Source: Spirochaetia bacterium
GTDB taxonomy: Bacteria; Spirochaetota; Spirochaetia; UBA9216
Direction of reading: 5' to 3'
DNA: 64,000 bases
Assembly: GCA_963677925.2 (NCBI GenBank)
Contig: CAXXYH010000003.1
Span: 640,001-704,000, forward strand
Below the pieces are notes generated by a model that worked only from the letters and a program-made list of their open reading frames with translations, was not told the origin of the DNA and did no database searches. Made by a program: the position numbers and the translations under genes. Shown here piece after piece: positions 57,358 through 64,000 of the stretch. The first letter of the stretch is position 1, and every line of letters starts with the position of its first letter.

Positions 57358-58767
57358 ATGTCTCTAAATTGTGTAGAAATAGATAAAATACTTGAAGAAA
57401 TCAGTCTTGAAGGCTGCCACATCCAGAAGATAAAGCAGCCTGACTTCCACAGTCTCTTTCTTGAACTATACCGTCCCGGCGGAAGATTCAATCTGATAAT
57501 CGATCTGGCACCGGGTAAAACCAGAATCCACACTACTGCCAATTCAGCTGTTTCCGAGATAAAACTTCAGCGCTTTGCCCAGCTTATGAGAGCCCGAATC
57601 AAGGGAGGTAAGATAACCGGCATTCAGCAGATCAATCAGGATCGAATTATTAAAATCGAGATCTCACGCAGCGGTGAACCCACTGTTCTATGGGTCCGCT
57701 TATGGAGCGGTGCAGCCAATATCATTGCCTGTGATTCAGAGCAGAAGATCCTTGACGCCTTTTACCGAAGACCCGGACGGGGTGAAACCTCAGGCGGTGT
57801 ATTCACATTACCTGAAAATAAAGGAAACTCTTCGGGCAGGGTTTTCGAAATCAGGGATTATAATTCATCTGAGAGTTTTAATAGCTTTATTGATGAATAT
57901 TATTCCCATGTCGAAGAAGATGAAAACATTGACCGCCTTCGCGACCGGGCCGTTAAAATAATTACAACGGCTATTAATCGTATAGAAAGCACTCTAAAAA
58001 ACCTTGAACGGAAGGCTTCGGAATACGGACCTTATGAGGAATACAAGGAAACAGGTGATCTGATAATGAGCAACCTCCATATTGCACAGAAGGGGGCAAT
58101 ATGGCTCAAGGTTGTAAATTTTTACAGGGATAATACAGAAACCGATATCGAACTTGATCCCAGGCTGACACCTGAAAAGAATGCGGAAAAATACTATACC
58201 ATGTACCGAAAGGCGAAATCCGGTATTGATATAGTTAATGAAGATATTGAAAATCACAGACTCCAGCTTAAAAACCTGAGAGCGGATCTGTTAATAACAG
58301 AAACAACTGACGATGCGTCACTTCTTAAAAAGATCTCGGAATCTGCACCGAAGCAGCAACAGAAGACAAAAGAAAAAGAATCTACTCCCGGACTCAGCTT
58401 CAGATCAGGAATGTACAGAATACTTGTAGGGCGCAGTGCAACCGAGAACGACCAGCTGCTGCGGAAGTACGTCCGGGGCAATGATATGTGGCTTCATACC
58501 AGAGACTACCCCGGGGGATATGTTTTTATTAAAACACTGCCCGGTAAATCTGTACCTCTCGACATCCTTCTTGATGCGGGCAATCTTGCCCTGTTCTACA
58601 GTAAAGCAAGAAATTCCGGTAAAGCGGAGCTGTACTACACTCAGGTAAAATATCTTCGCAGGGCAAAAGACGGAAAAACAGGGCTTGTCCTGCCGACTCA
58701 GGAAAAAAACCTTTCCGTGGTTCTTGATCCGAGACGTATAGACCGGATAATGAATCCGGATAACTAA
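57358..58767 (+). CDS. NFACT family protein (RqcH/FbpA-like)
   Basis: QDRII, NAEKYY..Y.K.K, GRSATEND, WLHTRDYPG. Confidence 0.85.
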   Translation: MSLNCVEIDKILEEISLEGCHIQKIKQPDFHSLFLELYRPGGRFNLIIDLAPGKTRIHTTANSAVSEIKLQRFAQLMRARIKGGKITGIQQINQDRIIKIEISRSGEPTVLWVRLWSGAANIIACDSEQKILDAFYRRPGRGETSGGVFTLPENKGNSSGRVFEIRDYNSSESFNSFIDEYYSHVEEDENIDRLRDRAVKIITTAINRIESTLKNLERKASEYGPYEEYKETGDLIMSNLHIAQKGAIWLKVVNFYRDNTETDIELDPRLTPEKNAEKYYTMYRKAKSGIDIVNEDIENHRLQLKNLRADLLITETTDDASLLKKISESAPKQQQKTKEKESTPGLSFRSGMYRILVGRSATENDQLLRKYVRGNDMWLHTRDYPGGYVFIKTLPGKSVPLDILLDAGNLALFYSKARNSGKAELYYTQVKYLRRAKDGKTGLVLPTQEKNLSVVLDPRRIDRIMNPDN

Positions 58768-58781
58768 ATAAGGAGGCTAAA

Positions 58782-59336
58782 ATGGATTTTACTCTTACAA
58801 TCGAAGAAAAATCGGCTCTTATTAAAACGGCACGCGGAAGAATAAGGTCAGAACTTTTCGGAGAAGAAACTGTATACCCTGAAGTATCAGGGGTTCTGAA
58901 TGAAATCTGCGGAGCCTTTGTAACCATTCATATAGCCGGAAGCCTCAGAGGCTGTATCGGAAATATTGTCGGCAGACTTCCCTTATTTACCACGGTTAAA
59001 GAAATGGCTCACGCAGCAGCCTTTGAAGATCCAAGATTCCCTCCGTTGACCAAAGGTGAGTGGGATATGATTGATATTGAAATATCTGTCCTTTCGCCAC
59101 TGTATCAAACTTCAGATGTAAATGAAATTGAGGTTGGAAAGCACGGAATTTTCATGAAAAAAGGATATCACTCCGGGGTTCTGCTTCCGCAGGTGCCTGT
59201 CGAACAGGGATGGGAAAGGGACAGATTTATACAGCATACCTGCCTGAAGGCGGGACTTCCTCCGGACGCATGGAAAGACCCGGCAATGGAGATTTATCTA
59301 TTTACTGCTATTGTGTTCGGTGAAAAGGATATCTAG
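58782..59336 (+). CDS. AMMECR1 domain protein (AmmeMemoRadiSam protein A)
   Basis: GAFVT, LRGCIG, DPRF, EISVLSP, LLPQV, KAG. Confidence 0.9.
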   Translation: MDFTLTIEEKSALIKTARGRIRSELFGEETVYPEVSGVLNEICGAFVTIHIAGSLRGCIGNIVGRLPLFTTVKEMAHAAAFEDPRFPPLTKGEWDMIDIEISVLSPLYQTSDVNEIEVGKHGIFMKKGYHSGVLLPQVPVEQGWERDRFIQHTCLKAGLPPDAWKDPAMEIYLFTAIVFGEKDI

Positions 59337-59347
59337 AAATTATTCTG

Positions 59348-60265
59348 CTATTTAATTCCGGTGAATTCTCTGACAGCGTCTGATATTCCTTCCAGGTCTT
59401 CCGGACTGTACCAGTTGATATCAGGGAGTTGACGAAAGAAAGTAATCTGCCGCTTTGCATAACGTCTGGAATTGCGTTTTATTAGCTCAACAGTTTTTTC
59501 AAAGCTTGTCTTTCCTGATTCATAATCAAAAAATTCACTGTAGCCTATTGCCTTCATGCCCGGATCTTCGGGGCCGTATCCAGCTTCTCTTAATTTCTTA
59601 AACTCGAATTCAAGTCCTTCATCAATCATCTGTTCCACTCGTTCATTTATTCTCCGGTAAAGCTCATCCCGCGGACGATCAAGCCCAATTAAAAAAAATC
59701 GATATCCGCTCCTGGGAGTATCGGGAACTTTGTAGTCAGAAAGAGGTTTACCGGTATTTTGAAAAACCTCCAGTGCCCGGACAAGTCTGTAATGATCATT
59801 TATTTCTATTCGTTCTGCGGATACAGGGTCAACCTGTGCGAGTTCTTTGAATAATTCAGATGAACCTTCGGTCTGCAGACGTTTTTCAAGCCTGACCCTG
59901 ATTTCTTCTGAAGAAGCAGGAGCCTCAGGCAGTCCGAAAATAAAATTTTTAAAATAAAAGCCTGTACCTCCGCAGATAACAGGCAGCTTTCCGCTATGGT
60001 GGATATCTGAACAAAGCTCATCTGCAAGACGGACGAAATCTCCGGCATGAAACTGCATTGAGGGATCACGGATATCTATCAGGTGATGCTTAACTACGGC
60101 CAGAAAATCAGCAGACGGTTTGGCAGTACCGACATCCATTCCGCGATATACCTGCATTGAGTCTGCATTTATTATTTCTGAATTATTAAAGACTGGTGAA
60201 AGAAGAAGATTGGTTTTCCCAGTTGCGGTAGGTCCAAAAATCAGGACAACCGGTATACTGTCCAT
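59348..60265 (-). CDS. miaA: tRNA dimethylallyltransferase
   Basis: GPTATGKT, DSMQVY, GTAKP, GGTGFY, AIGY, YAKRQITFF. Confidence 0.95.
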   Translation of the reverse strand: MDSIPVVLIFGPTATGKTNLLLSPVFNNSEIINADSMQVYRGMDVGTAKPSADFLAVVKHHLIDIRDPSMQFHAGDFVRLADELCSDIHHSGKLPVICGGTGFYFKNFIFGLPEAPASSEEIRVRLEKRLQTEGSSELFKELAQVDPVSAERIEINDHYRLVRALEVFQNTGKPLSDYKVPDTPRSGYRFFLIGLDRPRDELYRRINERVEQMIDEGLEFEFKKLREAGYGPEDPGMKAIGYSEFFDYESGKTSFEKTVELIKRNSRRYAKRQITFFRQLPDINWYSPEDLEGISDAVREFTGIK

Positions 60266-60275
60266 TTACCGGTAT

Positions 60276-60467
60276 TTAGTCCTCTATTGCGTATTCAACT
60301 TTAGATGTAAGAATCTGATCTATTGCAGTTGATACAACCTTTCCATTATTTCTATCGAGGTCTTCATCACCTGCAACTGTAACCTGCTGTGCTCTTTTGA
60401 TAATTGCAGATGTACAGGCATATACATCTTCCTGAAGATCAATAAGTTTATAGAGAGGAAGAATCAT
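60276..60467 (-). CDS. rpoZ: RNA polymerase omega subunit (short form)
   Basis: 63 aa with Y....A..KRAQQ and K.VS.A...I omega motifs; CAGGAG RBS; yicC-kinase-rpoZ context. Confidence 0.7.
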   Translation of the reverse strand: MILPLYKLIDLQEDVYACTSAIIKRAQQVTVAGDEDLDRNNGKVVSTAIDQILTSKVEYAIED

Positions 60468-60521
60468 CGGCTACTCCTGAATTTCTTTCAAATTTATAAT
60501 AAAATATAACAAAATTCGGCT

Positions 60522-61049
60522 TTATTGTAAAGATTCAGCGGCTTTTATTATGATATCTGCAACCTGATACTGATTGAACCGGTCTACATTTATGATAAGA
60601 TCAGCAAAGGCAAAATCATTGTTATCGATATCGTAGATCTGCCGGTAACGCTCGGAATCATTTTGATCACGTTTTTTGGTAAAATCGGCAATAGCCTGAG
60701 AATCTCCGCCTTCCCTATTGTGAATTCTTGAAGCTCTGACCTCATCTGAAGCAGTTAAATAGATTTTCAGATCAGCTTCTTTAAGCATCCAGATAGCAAG
60801 GCGGCTTCCGTATACACAGTTTCCTTCCATAGCCAGCTCAACATTCCGGTTGTCCAGCTTTCTGTCATATGAAAAATCATCCCTGGTCATAGCATGAAGC
60901 TCTTCAAAAGGAATCCCCATTTCATCAGCCATCTGTCTAAAAGTATAGTTAATCATTTTCAGTCCGAGTTTTTCAGCGACGAGTCCGGTTACAGTGGTAT
61001 TTCCGCAGCCGCTCTTGCCTGATATGGCTATCTTGATATCCTTTTTCAT
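60522..61049 (-). CDS. Archaeal-type cytidylate-kinase-like NMP kinase with atypical P-loop
   Basis: IAISGKSGCGNTT, FRQMA, SRLAIW, ADLKIYL, RASRI..RE, RY..IYDID. Confidence 0.75.
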   Translation of the reverse strand: MKKDIKIAISGKSGCGNTTVTGLVAEKLGLKMINYTFRQMADEMGIPFEELHAMTRDDFSYDRKLDNRNVELAMEGNCVYGSRLAIWMLKEADLKIYLTASDEVRASRIHNREGGDSQAIADFTKKRDQNDSERYRQIYDIDNNDFAFADLIINVDRFNQYQVADIIIKAAESLQ

Positions 61050-61916
61050 CTATTCAACATTCCTCAGCTGTTCCCGAATCTTTTCAAGGTTGTCCTTTAC
61101 TTCAACAACCCTCTTGTTTACCCCAAATATTGTCGATTTAGAACCGATTGTGTTCACCTCACGGTTTATTTCCTGGCAAATAAAGTCGAGCTTTTTTCCG
61201 ACGGCTTCCCCGGACTCTACCCCTTCAATGAAGGAATCCAGATGACCGCGAAGGCGCATAATCTCTTCATTGATTGTATATTTAACCAGAAGGACTGCTG
61301 TCTCAGCAAGAATCCGCTGTTCATCTATTTCACTTCCCAGCACTTCCTGAAATTTTGAAGCAATTCCATTTCTGATCTCGGATTCCATCTCATCGCCTTT
61401 CTGCTCAAACAGTTCAAGAGCGCTGTAGATTCCATTTATATTATTGCGGATATCGGCTTCTGTTTCTGCTCCCTCTTTCTGTCTTGAAGCATCCCACTGT
61501 CTGAAGCCTTCCTCATACATCGGCGCAAGCAGTTCACGATAGTGATCGATATCCCGCTTTTTTTCAGTTTTAAGGATTCCATCCAGGGCGAGAAAATGCG
61601 AAAGGTCAAGGCTCTGCTGGATACCGGCAAGTTCCTTAATTTTATTCAGTGTTTCTGCATATACAGCAACAGCAGGTTTATCAAGATGGACAACTATATC
61701 CTCTTCGAGTTCCCTTACCCTGATATATACTTCAACTCTTCCCCTTTCAGCCCTGCTTGAAATAAACTTTCTAAGTTCAGCTTCAAGCGGATTAAGAAAT
61801 ACAGGCTGATTGATAATAATATCCAGGTATCTGTTATTGTATGATTTAATCTCAAGAGTGATATGAATTTTCTCATCCTGAAACTCGGTATAGCCGTATC
61901 CGGTCATGCTTTTCAT
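61050..61916 (-). CDS. yicC: YicC/YloC family endoribonuclease
   Basis: MKSMTGYG, KSYNNRY, EEIMRL, GKKLDFICQEINREVNTIGSK, IREQLRNVE. Confidence 0.9.
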   Translation of the reverse strand: MKSMTGYGYTEFQDEKIHITLEIKSYNNRYLDIIINQPVFLNPLEAELRKFISSRAERGRVEVYIRVRELEEDIVVHLDKPAVAVYAETLNKIKELAGIQQSLDLSHFLALDGILKTEKKRDIDHYRELLAPMYEEGFRQWDASRQKEGAETEADIRNNINGIYSALELFEQKGDEMESEIRNGIASKFQEVLGSEIDEQRILAETAVLLVKYTINEEIMRLRGHLDSFIEGVESGEAVGKKLDFICQEINREVNTIGSKSTIFGVNKRVVEVKDNLEKIREQLRNVE

Positions 61917-63364
61917 TCAGTACATCCGTATTGTTCTTCTTTAAAATAACTGTAAACCGATTCACCTAGTTTCCAGTTATCACCGGCACCCATTGTTACA
62001 AAAAGGTCTCCGGGTTTAAGCTCATTTATTACAAAGTCTTTTGCGTCCATTACTTCTTCGAAATACTGAACAGCACTGTGGTTTTTCTTTGTCTGTTCAT
62101 AAAGATCCTGACCGCGAACAGTTCCCTGTTTTTCTCTTGCCGATGCATATATTTTATGGAGGATAACAACATCCGCTGCATCAAAGGATTTGCTGAAATC
62201 ATCAAGCAGAGCCTCGGTCCTTGAATATGTATGGCTCATGAAATCAACAATAATCCTTCTTTTAGGATAAAAATCCCTGAGTCCGTGCAGGGTTGTTTTT
62301 ATTGCTGCCGGGTGATGTCCATAATCATCCATAAAAATTATATCATCAGAGCTTCCGAGTATCTCACTTCTGCGTTTGGTTCCCCTGAATCCGGCAAGGG
62401 CTTCTGAAATAAGTTCACCGGAATCACGCCCGCGATCTTCAATATCCAGCAGCTGACATGCCACAGCAATTGCAGCAGCGGCATTTAGAACATTATGAGT
62501 TCCGGGAACAAGAAGCTTCATTTTTACTGAAGGGAATCTGTTGATTTTAAAACGGGTTTCACCGTCAGCCTTTTCCAGGTCAGTAAGCCCGAAATCGCCG
62601 TCAACTGTAAGACCGTATGGCACAAGTCTTACATCATCCCTGTTAGCCCTAATACGTTCAGCCGCTTCAGAGGCTCCGGCATCATCAGCGCAGTAAATAA
62701 GCGCTCCTCCATTGCTGAGCTTCATACCGTATTCGACAAAAGCGCTGAGTATATCATCGTAATCACGGTAATAATCCAGATGATCGGGTTCAACACTCGT
62801 AATAACAAGCCATTGGGGGCTGAAGTTAAGGAAATTTCTTTTATATTCACATGTCTCGGCTACAAAATAATCATTTCCCTTCACAAGAGTTGATCTTCCG
62901 CCGAAGTTGGCGGCAGCAGATCCGGTCAATATTGAAGCAGGAAGTTCCAGGGCATTTAAAATAGTCCCTGTCATTGCAGTTGTAGTAGTTTTTCCATGTA
63001 CGCCGGCGATAGCCGCTGATCGGCTCATTCTTGATAAAGAGCCTAAAGCCTCTGCATAGCTCATCATCCTGATACCGCGCGCTGAAGCTGCTGTAAGTTC
63101 CGGATGCTCAGTCAGCGAATAAGCAGCTGAATACACCAGAAGATCAGTGCTTTCCGGAATATTATCAGGGCTGAAGCCCTTGAAAACCGGAATTCCAAGC
63201 TGAGTAAGAATCTCATCCGTATAAAAATGTTCATCAACATCGGAACCGGTAACAATAGCACCCCTGCTTCGGAAAATCTCAGCAAGAGCCGTCATACCGG
63301 TTCCCTTTATTCCTGTAAAAAATATAACGGAACCGCTAAGGTCCGGTAACTCTTTTTCTATCAT
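61913..63364 (-). CDS. murC: UDP-N-acetylmuramate--L-alanine ligase
   Basis: GIKGTGM, GSD, GVHGKTTTT, ETCEY, DHLDYY, DDYGHHP, HTYSRT, MGAGD. Confidence 0.95.
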   Translation of the reverse strand: MIEKELPDLSGSVIFFTGIKGTGMTALAEIFRSRGAIVTGSDVDEHFYTDEILTQLGIPVFKGFSPDNIPESTDLLVYSAAYSLTEHPELTAASARGIRMMSYAEALGSLSRMSRSAAIAGVHGKTTTTAMTGTILNALELPASILTGSAAANFGGRSTLVKGNDYFVAETCEYKRNFLNFSPQWLVITSVEPDHLDYYRDYDDILSAFVEYGMKLSNGGALIYCADDAGASEAAERIRANRDDVRLVPYGLTVDGDFGLTDLEKADGETRFKINRFPSVKMKLLVPGTHNVLNAAAAIAVACQLLDIEDRGRDSGELISEALAGFRGTKRRSEILGSSDDIIFMDDYGHHPAAIKTTLHGLRDFYPKRRIIVDFMSHTYSRTEALLDDFSKSFDAADVVILHKIYASAREKQGTVRGQDLYEQTKKNHSAVQYFEEVMDAKDFVINELKPGDLFVTMGAGDNWKLGESVYSYFKEEQYGCTE

Positions 63365-63422
63365 ACCGTTATAATAGAGTAAAATCGTTATAATTTCAAT
63401 TAGAGACGGATCTTACCGATAA

Positions 63423-64000
63423 ATGAGTATGAACAGATTAATGAACATCAACCCGGCGCATTTTAAGCTCCCGGTATCACTGCTTATCAGACTTCTGCAG
63501 ACTATAGTGCATACATATACGAAATTTATGAGAGATAACGGACTTGCGAGAGCCGGCAGCATGGCATATTCAACACTGCTTGCCGCTGTTCCGCTTGCCG
63601 CCCTTGGTATATCCCTGATGAATTCCTTCGGGATTCTTGATTCCGCCCAGACTAAACTGACAGAGTTCATTGTACAGCTTATGATTCCAACCAGACAGGC
63701 TGAGGCGACCGCCCTTCTTGAACAGTTTCTGGAAAACTCAGGAAAGCTTGGAGTGGTCGGACTGGTTTTTTTTACAATATCAAGCGTTTTCCTGCTGGAC
63801 AGCATCAGCAGCAACCTCAATGCGATATGGGGAAGCAAGCCTAAAAGTAACTTCTTTTCTAAATTTACAACCTACACCTCAGTTATAATATTCGGAACGC
63901 TGCTTATTACCGTAAGCCTTACGCTTTCAAAGGGTATCAATCCCTGGATATTTGAAAAGGCAAAGGCATTAACCCGGGTATTCATATCGATTTCACCATT
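63423..64000 (+). CDS. YihY/BrkB family membrane protein, 5' part; runs off the window edge
   Basis: Not in the ORF track. ATG 63423, open to the edge: ...FMRDNGLARAGSMAYSTLLAAVPL...NLNAIWG. Confidence 0.85.
   Translation, partial: MSMNRLMNINPAHFKLPVSLLIRLLQTIVHTYTKFMRDNGLARAGSMAYSTLLAAVPLAALGISLMNSFGILDSAQTKLTEFIVQLMIPTRQAEATALLEQFLENSGKLGVVGLVFFTISSVFLLDSISSNLNAIWGSKPKSNFFSKFTTYTSVIIFGTLLITVSLTLSKGINPWIFEKAKALTRVFISISP

Noticed and set aside
63413-63838. 141-aa minus-strand ORF
   Set aside because: Antisense shadow of the YihY-family gene on the plus strand.

Overview
Chromosomal window from a bacterium that is very likely a free-living spirochaete (Spirochaetia). This rests on the folP-cdaA-cdaR-acpS-DUF2225-truA-udg-priA and murC-yicC-kinase-rpoZ-miaA gene orders, the Cys-less 'FAGGxxE' export signal and many acidic lipoproteins. 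It holds about 55 genes and one tRNA-Gly(CCC). Housekeeping blocks are leuCD, rlmI, def-fmt-PASTA, priA-folP, hisD-folC-hisC, macrodomain-RqcH-AMMECR1 and miaA-murC. There is also a liv-type ABC transporter plus aryl-CoA ligase operon and several signalling genes. The accessory stretch (about 13.5-32 kb) is rich in surface lipoproteins, including a tandemly duplicated two-gene module (InlB-B-repeat lipoprotein plus DUF285/BspA repeat lipoprotein) whose N-termini resemble Arg-processed type V pilin precursors. Signals missing from the ORF track include a start-less radical-SAM SPASM gene remnant, a perfect 20-bp Crp/Fnr-type palindrome upstream of an Fe-S-tailed permease pair, a perfect Fur box between a hemerythrin and a CZB chemoreceptor, a tandem TetR-like operator and 11-bp-phased repeats. 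No CRISPR array, transposase, integrase or reverse transcriptase was recognised. All product calls come from motif recognition by eye, not database searches.
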